This document shows positions 9,903-19,041 of a stretch of 64,000 bases of DNA, piece after piece (the first letter of the stretch is position 1; every line of letters starts with the position of its first letter). Source of the stretch: a virus (lineage: Duplodnaviria > Caudoviricetes). The notes beneath the pieces were generated by a model, which was not told the origin of the DNA, ran no database searches, and was given only the letters and a program-made list of their open reading frames with translations. The position numbers and the translations under genes were made by a program. The stretch is taken from positions 119,667-183,666 of the IMG/VR virus record IMGVR_UViG_3300043447_000100, one strand, 5' to 3'.

Positions 9903-10513
9903 TGGCAACTAAAAAACAGGCAACTAAGAAAACAGCTATTCCCTCAGACGAAAAGTTTGAAAATGTAGACTTTGACCTATTCAAAGCGATTGAAGCGATT
10001 GATAAGAAAGACTACGGCTGGTTTGACACACTTACAGAAGACCAGCAAAAGAAGTTTGTGCCGTATATGATGCTACACTGGATCAGCGCAGTCAAAGCTA
10101 CGGGTATGCTAGGTGCGTATTATGTAATGAGCACTGATGCTAATGCTAACAAGTATATGTTCAACGAGCGAGTACAGCAACATCCTAAACTACAATGGTT
10201 GATGTTGTGCGCCGCATCGCCAGGCATGGGCAAGCAGTTTCATCAGTGGATCCCACACTTGAAAGCAAAGTTCGGCACACTTGAAGAACAGGCAACTAAG
10301 AAAGATGCTAGGGAATACTTTGAGAAAGTTTATGCGACTGCTAGTAAAGACGACATTGACTTGATTACAGGTCACTATGTAGGCGAACAAAATCATCAGT
10401 ACAGATTATCAAAACTATTCCCTGAAATGAAGATTGATGATGTACGAGCATTAGCCGCAGTTGTAACATCAGAAGACATTGACAAATATGAAGAAGAAGC
10501 CGGCTACAGATAA
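9902..10513 (+). CDS. Putative clamp-loader small subunit (gp62-like)
   Basis: DLFKAIEAID...KKFVPYMMLHWIS...HPKLQW pattern; replication cluster. Confidence 0.5.
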   Translation: MATKKQATKKTAIPSDEKFENVDFDLFKAIEAIDKKDYGWFDTLTEDQQKKFVPYMMLHWISAVKATGMLGAYYVMSTDANANKYMFNERVQQHPKLQWLMLCAASPGMGKQFHQWIPHLKAKFGTLEEQATKKDAREYFEKVYATASKDDIDLITGHYVGEQNHQYRLSKLFPEMKIDDVRALAAVVTSEDIDKYEEEAGYR

Positions 10514-11183
10514 GCCATACAGTTGTGAGCATTGCGGCGCAGGCTTCGTTCGTGAGGCTTCGCTGTTCACACACTTATGTGAAAAGAAGCGTAGATGGGA
10601 TGAACGAGACATGCCATCATCACGCTTGGGCTATATCGCATGGCTTGAGTTTTACAAGCGCAACTATCCTAGTAAAAAAGACACAGACTTCAAAGCATTT
10701 GCTAAGAGCACATACTACACAGGCTTTATCAAGTTCGGGCTTTACTGTCATTCAATCAACGCAATCAACCCTACTGCTTTCATGGGCTGGTTACTGTCTA
10801 ACAAAGTAGCGATTGATAACTGGACATCAGACGCACAGTATGAGAAATACTTAGTTGAGTATCTACGCTTAGAAGATCATGGTGATGCTATCAAGCGAAG
10901 TATTGAAACCCTCTCAGAGATTGCCGAAGAGCAAGGTATGTTAGTTAGCGATGTACTACGAGTAGGCAACGCAAACAAGATTTGTCATCTTATCACAGTA
11001 GGCAAGATTAGTCCGTGGATTATTTACAACTGTGATAGCGGCATTGAATTCATGGGACACATAATGCGTTCAGGACAAGTTCAACACATTTACAAGTACA
11101 TCGACCCTGAAATTTGGCAAATCAAATTCAAACGACAAAGTAGTGATACTGAAATAGTAAAACAGGCATTGAAACACTTATGA
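10488..11183 (+). CDS. Protein with N-terminal C2H2/C2HC-like zinc finger
   Basis: YSCEHCGAGFVREASLFTHLC. Confidence 0.65.
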   Translation: MKKKPATDKPYSCEHCGAGFVREASLFTHLCEKKRRWDERDMPSSRLGYIAWLEFYKRNYPSKKDTDFKAFAKSTYYTGFIKFGLYCHSINAINPTAFMGWLLSNKVAIDNWTSDAQYEKYLVEYLRLEDHGDAIKRSIETLSEIAEEQGMLVSDVLRVGNANKICHLITVGKISPWIIYNCDSGIEFMGHIMRSGQVQHIYKYIDPEIWQIKFKRQSSDTEIVKQALKHL

Positions 11184-11776
11184 CACAATTTCGTAGCGAC
11201 ATTGATATTGACTGCGCTGATCGTGAGCAAGTAATGTCACGTATAAACGCAACACAGGCTTCAGTTAGAGAAAACTGGAAAGTTCGTCGTCATGCTTCAG
11301 GCGCATACATCACGCCTATTCCTTATGACCCAGTACATGATGTTGCCGCCCTTGATTACAAGACAGCAGAAGAGCGCGGCTATGTGAAACTTGACTTGTT
11401 GAACGTACACGTTTATGGTCACGTTAGGGATGAAGCACACTTAGTTGAATTGATGCGAGAGCCTAACTGGAAGATGTTGCGTGATCCTGATATTGTCAAA
11501 CGATTAGTTCAGATTCATAGCCAGTATGACATTATGAGACAGATGCCTGAACCTATCAACAGCATACCTAGATTAGCAATGTTCTTGGCTGTGATTCGCC
11601 CTAGTAAGCGACATTTGATTGGTAAGACTTGGGCAGAAGTTGCCGAGACGATTTGGGATAAGACTGAAGATGGGTATGTGTTTAAGAAAAGTCACGCTAT
11701 TGCGTATGCTACCCTGACTGTTGTAAATATGAATCTGTATGAAGAAAATCCTACGGCATTCGTTTTACCAGAGTAA
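11180..11776 (+). CDS. Miniature DnaE (Pol III alpha)-like protein
   Basis: SDIDID, HASG, KLDLL, LAVIRP, YVFKKSHAIAY family-C motifs in 198 aa. Confidence 0.75.
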   Translation: MTQFRSDIDIDCADREQVMSRINATQASVRENWKVRRHASGAYITPIPYDPVHDVAALDYKTAEERGYVKLDLLNVHVYGHVRDEAHLVELMREPNWKMLRDPDIVKRLVQIHSQYDIMRQMPEPINSIPRLAMFLAVIRPSKRHLIGKTWAEVAETIWDKTEDGYVFKKSHAIAYATLTVVNMNLYEENPTAFVLPE

Positions 11777-12128
11777 TTGATCTTCGCTTGATTCGCTTCT
11801 TGGTTAGATCATTCATACTGGTAGCGGGTCCGTGAATAATCTCTAAGCCTTTGTTGGTAAACGTTCGCAAGAATGGCTTGAATGGCATCCAATCTTCACG
11901 TAAGAAGATATGAATTGGTATTTGATGATTGCTACCCCACCACCATTCGTCGGCCAATTCAAGGAATAATTCCTTCATTTCTTTATGTACTATGCTACCA
12001 TAGTCATAGAATGTAGTAATACTGTCATCCCTGTTTTGAACAATGCCCACATATTCATTGCCACCGTAGCTGCATACGGTTATGAATGGGTGCTCTTGGG
12101 ACAGTTTTTCAAAGAATTCTCTGCTCAT
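11751..12128 (-). CDS. Hypothetical protein
   Basis: 125-aa ORF fills the gap; late-type CTAAATA upstream on minus strand. Confidence 0.7.
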   Translation of the reverse strand: MSREFFEKLSQEHPFITVCSYGGNEYVGIVQNRDDSITTFYDYGSIVHKEMKELFLELADEWWWGSNHQIPIHIFLREDWMPFKPFLRTFTNKGLEIIHGPATSMNDLTKKRIKRRSITLVKRMP

Positions 12129-12213
12129 TAGTTACGATGGGTTTGTTCCATTAGTTTATTTAGTCAGGTCATAGTTTTGGATATTTTTACGATAAATACA
12201 AAAAGGATAAAAA

Positions 12214-13014
12214 ATGTCGGCCCAAACTAAAGTCTATTTCTACGTTCAACGTCAACCAGTGGTTCTCATTGAATCTGGAGCCGCATCTAGGAGGTATGAA
12301 ACCGTGTACGCAAAAGAACTAACAATCACCAAGGGCACAAACAATACGCTTGAGTTTGCGTTCGTTAATCAGGACCAAAAGCATGTAAATATCGAAAACA
12401 ACGATATCACATTCCGCATCCTAGATAGTCAAGCCCAGCAGATTCTATTCCAGAAGACTCTAACGCCAATCTATCCAGTTACCGGTATCACTTCGGTTCG
12501 ACTAACTGCGGAGGATATTGAGGCAATCGAAACTCAGCGTTGCTACTATACCTTAGAAGAGTCAATGGGATATGCTGTTTATGTTGACAGCAAAGGCGGC
12601 ACTCGTGGTGTGTTAAACGTAGTCGAAGGTACGATTCCTGAGTTCACACCAAGTACAGTTGTTACACTTGAACCACATACGCTACCGACACCACCAGTCG
12701 CACCATCAGCATCAGTAGCATACAATTCAAGCGTTATTCAGACCAAAGCAGTTGCTAAGAATACGATTCAAGTCAATCTTTCAGGCTTCACAGGCAACAT
12801 AATTATTCAAGGTTCAACTACAGATTCATTCACTTCATCGTATGATATCACGACTACAACCTTAACTAACAGTTCAGCAACTTATGGCTTCGAAGTCCAA
12901 GGCTTTCATCCATACTTGCGAGTTAGAGTCGTAAACTTTCCAACAGTAACTACCAATCCAGATTCAACAGTCACACTATCACATGGTGAAGTGACTTCTA
13001 TTTTGGCAAGATAA
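12214..13014 (+). CDS. Putative virion structural protein (BppU-like N-terminus)
   Basis: GATAAATA late motif upstream; beta-rich, Thr/Ser-rich. Confidence 0.5.
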   Translation: MSAQTKVYFYVQRQPVVLIESGAASRRYETVYAKELTITKGTNNTLEFAFVNQDQKHVNIENNDITFRILDSQAQQILFQKTLTPIYPVTGITSVRLTAEDIEAIETQRCYYTLEESMGYAVYVDSKGGTRGVLNVVEGTIPEFTPSTVVTLEPHTLPTPPVAPSASVAYNSSVIQTKAVAKNTIQVNLSGFTGNIIIQGSTTDSFTSSYDITTTTLTNSSATYGFEVQGFHPYLRVRVVNFPTVTTNPDSTVTLSHGEVTSILAR

Positions 13015-13063
13015 GTTACCAATATCTATTGAAATGTCAACTTAGATACTGTATAATAGCAGT

Positions 13064-14029
13064 ATGCTTGATATTTTAACACTAATTCCTGGTAGAAAGA
13101 CATTCGCTCGTGGCGGCTGGCACACGTTCAATGCTATTTGCTGTACACATCGCGGCGAAACACCAGACAAGCGCAGACGCGGTGGTGTAATCTTAACGCC
13201 TGGCGGCTGGAGCTATCACTGCTTCAACTGTCATTTCAAATGCGGCGTTACTGAAGGTCAACACTACTCAGCAAAAACAAAAGAACTATTACGCTGGTGC
13301 GGACTTGATTCGATGGAGATCGAGCGCCTTAGTTTTGAATCGTTCGCATCTAAACCTGAGAACTTAATCAATCAAGTTAACAAGCCCATCGTAATCACAT
13401 TCGACCGCAAGCATCTACCTGATAATAGCGAAGCACTCAACCCAGAAGACCCGCGACATGCCGAGCACGTTGAGTACATCAAGTCACGAGGCTTGCCGCT
13501 CAAAAGTTATCCTTTCCATGTAACGCCCGACGCTAAGTTTGAGCGAGACAAGCATCGTCTAATCATACCTTATTTCTATCATGGAGAGATTGTAGGATAT
13601 ACTAGCAGATATTACGACAACAGAGTACCTAAGTATGTGTCCGAGCAACAAACAGGCTACATATTCAACGTAGACGCTCAAAAAGAAAGCAGACAATCAT
13701 GTATACTAGTAGAAGGGCAATTTGATGCTATCAGCATCGGCGGTTGCGCTTATCTAGGCAGTACGATCACAGACGATCAAGCAAGACTATTAACAAAAAT
13801 TAGAAAACAAATCATCGTTGTGCCAGATAGAGACAAGGCAGGCATGAGTGTTTGTGACAGAGCATTAGAATTAGGTTATCGAGTTAGTATCCCTGAATGG
13901 AGCCCGGAAGTTAAAGATGTCAATGACGCTGTTAAGCGATATGGTAAATTCCCTACCTTGCTTAGTATACTGCAGTCAGCAACATCTAGTCGAATCACAA
14001 CAGAAATGAACAAGAGGAAATTTAAATGA
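13064..14029 (+). CDS. DNA primase (T4 gp61-like)
   Basis: Zn ribbon (CC..H..YHCFNC), VEGQFDA TOPRIM, PDRDKAG, KDVND. Confidence 0.88.
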   Translation: MLDILTLIPGRKTFARGGWHTFNAICCTHRGETPDKRRRGGVILTPGGWSYHCFNCHFKCGVTEGQHYSAKTKELLRWCGLDSMEIERLSFESFASKPENLINQVNKPIVITFDRKHLPDNSEALNPEDPRHAEHVEYIKSRGLPLKSYPFHVTPDAKFERDKHRLIIPYFYHGEIVGYTSRYYDNRVPKYVSEQQTGYIFNVDAQKESRQSCILVEGQFDAISIGGCAYLGSTITDDQARLLTKIRKQIIVVPDRDKAGMSVCDRALELGYRVSIPEWSPEVKDVNDAVKRYGKFPTLLSILQSATSSRITTEMNKRKFK

Positions 14030-15468
14030 CACAACCACAAACTTACGGCCCAGAAATACAAGAACTATTTGTCAGAATGATGCTGACAGACCCAACACTC
14101 TACACTCGGGTATCAAACATCTTAGACAGCGACAACTTTGACAAGCGCATCAAGCCCTCAGTCAAGTTCATCAAAGAATACACAGACAAATACTCAAATG
14201 TACCAGATGCCGCTCAAATTAAAGCAACAACAGGTCTAGAAGTTGATAAAATTCAAGACGGTCTGCGTGACAGCGATGTGAACTGGTTCTTAGACGAGTT
14301 CGAGAAGTTTACAAAGCGACAAGCACTCGAACGAGCAATCTTAGAAAGTGCTAAGCTACTTGAAGACGGCAACTACGGCCCGGTAGAGAAGCTAATCAAA
14401 GACGCAGTTCAAATCTCGCTACAGAAAGACATGGGCACAGACTACTTTGCTGACCCTGCCGCTCGTATCAACAAATACTTCAACTCAGGCGGTCAAGTAT
14501 CAACAGGCTGGCAACAACTCGACCGTCTACTCTACGGCGGCTTCTCACGAGGCGAACTCAATATCTTCGCAGGCGGCTCGGGCTCCGGCAAGTCGCTGGT
14601 CATGATGAACATGGCGCTCAACTGGTTACAGCAAGGTATGTCAGGCGTGTATGTGTCGCTAGAACTTTCAGAAGAACTAACCTGTTTGCGTAGTGATGCG
14701 ATGTTGACTGCTATGAGCACAAAAGACATTCGTAAAGACATATCACAAACCGAGCTAAAAGTCAAGATGGCGTCTAAGAGCGCAGGTCAGTATCGTGTCA
14801 AAGCAATGCCTGCTCAGTCAAACGTAAACGACATTCGTGCGTATCTAAAAGAAGTTCAGATTCAGACAGGTATCAAAGTTGATTTCGTCATGGTCGACTA
14901 CCTTGACCTAGTTATGCCTGTGTCAGTCAAAGTCAACCCTAACGATCAGTTCATCAAAGACAAGTATGTGTCAGAAGAACTACGCAATCTAGCAAAAGAG
15001 CTAGGAGTCTTGCTAGTCACAGCATCACAGTTGAATCGTTCGGCGGTTGAAGAGATTGAGTTTGATCACTCGCACATCGCCGGCGGTATCTCAAAGATCA
15101 ACACCGCTGACAACGTGTTCGGCATCTTTACGAGCCGAGCAATGCGAGAGCGCGGCGTGTATCAGATTCAGTGTATGAAGAGTCGTAGTTCTACTGGCGT
15201 CGGTCAGAAGATTGACTTGACCTACAACATTGAGACAATGCGCATCACAGATGAGGGCGAGTCTCAAGGCGAGACAAACGTGGCAGCCTCATTCCTAAGC
15301 AAGATCAAGGGCGCCGGAGTGCCTGCCTCTCAAGTCACGACCTTCAACCCATCAATCGTACCGTCAAACGGCGAGGGCCAACCCGAGGAAGATCATAAGA
15401 AAGTCAAGGCTGACATTCAAAGCAACAAGCTGGCCAGCATGTTAAATCAACTAAAGAAGCCTGGCTGA
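14026..15468 (+). CDS. Replicative DnaB-like helicase (T4 gp41-like)
   Basis: GGSGSGKS, SLELSE, VDYLDL, TASQLNR, MKSR. Confidence 0.92.
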   Translation: MTQPQTYGPEIQELFVRMMLTDPTLYTRVSNILDSDNFDKRIKPSVKFIKEYTDKYSNVPDAAQIKATTGLEVDKIQDGLRDSDVNWFLDEFEKFTKRQALERAILESAKLLEDGNYGPVEKLIKDAVQISLQKDMGTDYFADPAARINKYFNSGGQVSTGWQQLDRLLYGGFSRGELNIFAGGSGSGKSLVMMNMALNWLQQGMSGVYVSLELSEELTCLRSDAMLTAMSTKDIRKDISQTELKVKMASKSAGQYRVKAMPAQSNVNDIRAYLKEVQIQTGIKVDFVMVDYLDLVMPVSVKVNPNDQFIKDKYVSEELRNLAKELGVLLVTASQLNRSAVEEIEFDHSHIAGGISKINTADNVFGIFTSRAMRERGVYQIQCMKSRSSTGVGQKIDLTYNIETMRITDEGESQGETNVAASFLSKIKGAGVPASQVTTFNPSIVPSNGEGQPEEDHKKVKADIQSNKLASMLNQLKKPG

Positions 15469-15492
15469 TAAGTCCAAGATAAATACAATATT

Positions 15493-15750
15493 ATGAAGCG
15501 TAACACCCGCAGCCTATTAGAAGAACTTGAAGATATTAGCAAGAACCGTGATACTAAGCATATCATCGAAAGTCGTGCTAATAACGTCATATCTTCAGCG
15601 ATTCACCTACTTGAGGTAATCGAGCGTAATTTTACTCCTGAGCAGGCAGCTGTCCTAGAGAAAAAATTACTAGTAGCCATCAAGAACAGAGATCAAAATA
15701 AGTTTGTCAACGGGTTAAAGCGCACTCAGAATCAAAATCCTGAGGCATAA
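15493..15750 (+). CDS. Hypothetical late protein
   Basis: GATAAATA 7 nt before ATG. Confidence 0.65.
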   Translation: MKRNTRSLLEELEDISKNRDTKHIIESRANNVISSAIHLLEVIERNFTPEQAAVLEKKLLVAIKNRDQNKFVNGLKRTQNQNPEA

Positions 15751-15833
15751 CAGCCGACTTTTTTTAGAAAAAGATAAATAACATTAGGAACATAGTGTTC
15801 CAACCATTATAGATCATTTAAGGAGAAATCAAA

Positions 15834-16175
15834 ATGGCAGGCTTTACAAAAACAAATGGCACATACGGCCCAATCGGTTCAGTTATCAACCCATTCGGTC
15901 CAGGCGTTACTGTATTCAGTGGTGACCTAGGCGCTGACCCATCAGCACAAATTGGCCCAGGCCAAGCTGTTGAGAAGGTTATCGAGTACTTCACACAACT
16001 AGGTACAGTTGCTATGTATCAAGTTAACACTACCGGCGCTTACAAAGTTGTTCTATACCCAGCAGGTTACCCAGTAACTGCCGCTGCAGCTCAGACAGCT
16101 ATTCGTGCTTTCGGTACAGTTAACGGTTACGACCTAAGTGGCGCTACTGTTACTTCTGGCGACCTAATCGCCTAA
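15834..16175 (+). CDS. Putative small virion protein
   Basis: Late motif, TAAGGAG RBS, strongly biased codons, own terminator. Confidence 0.55.
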   Translation: MAGFTKTNGTYGPIGSVINPFGPGVTVFSGDLGADPSAQIGPGQAVEKVIEYFTQLGTVAMYQVNTTGAYKVVLYPAGYPVTAAAAQTAIRAFGTVNGYDLSGATVTSGDLIA

Positions 16176-16193
16176 TCAGTTTCTAACTGAACG

Positions 16194-16222
16194 AAAAAGC
16201 CCAGATTTTTCTGGGCTTTTTT
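16194..16222 (+). terminator. Rho-independent terminator
   Basis: AAAAAGCCCAGA-tttt-TCTGGGCTTTTTT. Confidence 0.85.
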
Positions 16223-16240
16223 ATTGTCTCTAAATATCGT

Positions 16241-16672
16241 GTGCGAATCATTTGTAAAACACTTTTCGATATTACTCAGACTAATGTAAACACTCGTAGA
16301 ACAACGCCTACAGGCAATATCAATCACGAGCGTCAACGTGGTCAGCAAAGCAATTTCGAGACTCTTTTGCAAATCATTTCCATGAGAGCCCAGCCTGAAA
16401 ATATTCAGCCTCCAGAAAAGACTATGGAGAGTTTAGACGGCAAGTGGGGCAACAAGTATACGAATGAGACTAAAGTTCCTGTGTGGACATTCTCATTTGA
16501 CGTAGTTTTCGGCGGAGTATTTGATGACGGTGTTTCAAAACTAGGATATCTATATGCGGACTGCTCTAATGTCCCTATGATAGCTAATTTAGAAGAATGG
16601 GCAGCCGCAGGAAGCTCATTGAACTCATCAGTAGAACTACGAAACGTATATTTTGAGGTATCACATGGTTAA
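16241..16672 (+). CDS. Hypothetical late protein
   Basis: CTAAATA just upstream of GTG start. Confidence 0.6.
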   Translation: MRIICKTLFDITQTNVNTRRTTPTGNINHERQRGQQSNFETLLQIISMRAQPENIQPPEKTMESLDGKWGNKYTNETKVPVWTFSFDVVFGGVFDDGVSKLGYLYADCSNVPMIANLEEWAAAGSSLNSSVELRNVYFEVSHG

Positions 16673-17144
16673 CAAGTCAATTTCAGAAGTCTATTCAGAG
16701 CTAAGCAACATCGTAGGCAAAACAATGTCTAAGATTGCTCATGGGGTGCTTATAAAAACTGAACATGGCGTAGTAGTCTATAACAAATACGTCATAGTCA
16801 AGACCGCTGATGGCGTTGATCTTTATACCAGAACTGGCCAAGAGGAAATTATGTCCTTCAATTCAGCAAAAACCGCCCTAATCTGGTCGATCCTAGACAA
16901 CAGCCTTCAAGTCTCAGCCGCAAGACGAGTCCGAGAACTAGACACTCTGCTATATAGCGCCAACTTTGACGTTGAGGTCCACAAAACCTACAAAAAGAAG
17001 ACAAAAACCGAAGATTATCTAATCTACTACAGCAAATACCAGCATGCCAGGGTCAGACAAAAACAGTTTCTGTTAGAATTAGATAAATACACTATATTAG
17101 CACAACGGTGCCAATCCAAAGGAACAAAACATGAAATTAAATGA
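16665..17144 (+). CDS. Hypothetical protein
   Basis: GAGG RBS; overlaps neighbours. Confidence 0.6.
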   Translation: MVNKSISEVYSELSNIVGKTMSKIAHGVLIKTEHGVVVYNKYVIVKTADGVDLYTRTGQEEIMSFNSAKTALIWSILDNSLQVSAARRVRELDTLLYSANFDVEVHKTYKKKTKTEDYLIYYSKYQHARVRQKQFLLELDKYTILAQRCQSKGTKHEIK

Positions 17145-17862
17145 AATGAATCTAGGCAAAAAAGAAACAGCTAAACGTGCTCTAAAGGAGAACTTTGAGT
17201 TGAACCTAAACTTTGACAAGTTAGGCATGAAGCAAACTAAGAATATGCTAACTCGTGTTCGTGGTCTAATCAAAGAATCACGTACTAGCAGTTCATATCA
17301 CGTTCGTCATCAAAACGCTGGCTATATGAAGCTAGTAATGATGGAACAAGCCCTAGCAAGTCACTATGGTGATCTACGTGTTCAACAGCAAATCATGATG
17401 GAGAACGAAGAAGTTCAGAAGTCACAAGTTATCTTAGCTGCACAAGACATGGTAGACACAATTCAGAAGATGATTGAAGACATTTCTAAGATGAAGGTCG
17501 AAGAAGTTAACGCAGTTGTTAACGGCATCAACAATGAATTCGGTACATCTGAAGGCGAGACATTTAATAGTGCGGTAACTGAAGCTCTTGGTGCTCTAGA
17601 ACAAGCTCTTTCACAAGCTAAGCAAGGCGTATCTAGTGCTATGGGTGCTCTAACTGGTGAAGGCGGCGGTGACTTCGGTGGCGATGCTGGCGGCGACTTA
17701 GGTGGCGCTGATCTAGGAGCAGGCGATGAAGGAATGGGCGACATGGGTGCTGATCTCGGCGGCGATGATATGGGCGGCGATATGGGTGGTGAACTACCTG
17801 AAATGCCAGCAGGTGAAGAAGAAGCCGAAGACGTAGGCAATGCTGGTAGAGAGATGCGCTAA
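17131..17862 (+). CDS. Putative head scaffold/core-like protein with Gly/Asp/Met-rich tail
   Basis: Coiled-coil character, GGDMGG low-complexity acidic tail, late motif upstream. Confidence 0.45.
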   Translation: MKLNEMNLGKKETAKRALKENFELNLNFDKLGMKQTKNMLTRVRGLIKESRTSSSYHVRHQNAGYMKLVMMEQALASHYGDLRVQQQIMMENEEVQKSQVILAAQDMVDTIQKMIEDISKMKVEEVNAVVNGINNEFGTSEGETFNSAVTEALGALEQALSQAKQGVSSAMGALTGEGGGDFGGDAGGDLGGADLGAGDEGMGDMGADLGGDDMGGDMGGELPEMPAGEEEAEDVGNAGREMR

Positions 17863-18221
17863 TGAAATTATTTGAGCTAGACGCTGGCTTTGATAATGAT
17901 GATCCGCTACGAGTAGCCACTGCGGCTGCTCTAGCACGAGTAAAATCAGATATTGAAGACAGTGCTTACAAAGGCGAGTTCAAAGTCAAGAGTCTATTGA
18001 AGATTCTACATGACTATGACGTTGATATCGATCATGCTCAATTAATCGAGTTATCAAAGGAAGAGCCTTGGAGCAATCTAATCGCTAAAATCAAAGGCGA
18101 TCACGTTATTTTCAAAGGTGATCCTGATGAAAGTTCAGACACAATGAAGCCAGACGAAACAACAGATACACTCGAAAAAATGGCAGGTAGAGCCGGTAAG
18201 AAACAAGAAAAAGGACTGTAA
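17862..18221 (+). CDS. Hypothetical late protein
   Basis: TAATG coupling; followed by terminator. Confidence 0.6.
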   Translation: MKLFELDAGFDNDDPLRVATAAALARVKSDIEDSAYKGEFKVKSLLKILHDYDVDIDHAQLIELSKEEPWSNLIAKIKGDHVIFKGDPDESSDTMKPDETTDTLEKMAGRAGKKQEKGL

Positions 18222-18232
18222 AGTCCTTTTTT
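18208..18232 (+). terminator. Rho-independent terminator
   Basis: AAAAGGAC-tgtaaa-GTCCTTTTTT. Confidence 0.75.
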
Positions 18233-18280
18233 GTTATCCAAAACATTTGCGTTCTGTAGTACTAAGTGCTATAATACACA

Positions 18281-18997
18281 ATGCCCTATATTCCTAAATT
18301 CGATTACAAACCATTATCTCGTGCCAATGTTGACGGTAAACGCTTATACGCAACACCAGACGGCAAAAAACTACCCTCAGTAACAACAATCTTAGACGCT
18401 ACTAAGCCTGAAGAAGAAAAACGTGCTCTTATGGAGTGGCGTAAGGCAGTAGGTGAAGCTAAAGCTCAAGCTATCACAACAGAAGCGGCAAATCGCGGTA
18501 CTCGTATGCACTCGTACTTAGAAAAGTACATCAAAGAAGGCACAATGCCGCCGAAAGCATCAAACCCTTTTACCTGGGCAAGTCATGCTATGGCCCACGA
18601 AGTAGTAAATCAAGGCTTAGTTAAAGCAGACGAGTTCTGGGGCATTGAAGTGCCTCTTTACTTCCCTGGCGTGTATGCTGGTACGACAGACTGCGTAGGT
18701 ATTCATCAAGGCCGCGAAGCAATCATGGACTTTAAGCAGTCAAACAAAGTCAAAAAGCGTGAGAACATCTCGGGCTACTTCTTACAGTTATGTGCTTATG
18801 CTGAGGCACACAATGAACTTTACGGCACTAACATCAACACCGGCGTGATCTTGATGTGTGTCAAACCTGAGATGGACGCTAATCAAAACGTCAAGTCTCA
18901 ACCGCAATATCTTGAGTTTGTATTAGAAGGTAGTGAGTTCGAACACTACAGAAACTTGTGGTGGCAACGCTTAGAGCAATATTACAGCAAGGTTTAG
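18281..18997 (+). CDS. PD-(D/E)XK exonuclease (Cas4/RecB-like)
   Basis: PSVTTIL, RGTRMH, E...AGTTD...MDFKQS, QLCAYA. Confidence 0.85.
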   Translation: MPYIPKFDYKPLSRANVDGKRLYATPDGKKLPSVTTILDATKPEEEKRALMEWRKAVGEAKAQAITTEAANRGTRMHSYLEKYIKEGTMPPKASNPFTWASHAMAHEVVNQGLVKADEFWGIEVPLYFPGVYAGTTDCVGIHQGREAIMDFKQSNKVKKRENISGYFLQLCAYAEAHNELYGTNINTGVILMCVKPEMDANQNVKSQPQYLEFVLEGSEFEHYRNLWWQRLEQYYSKV

Positions 18998-19041
18998 GAG
19001 CATAGCCATGATAAATAGTAGTATCAGGACATATTACTACC

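Noticed and set aside
18281-18997. CRISPR-Cas system around the Cas4-like nuclease
   Set aside because: No repeat-spacer array or other cas genes in the window; such exonucleases are common solo phage genes.
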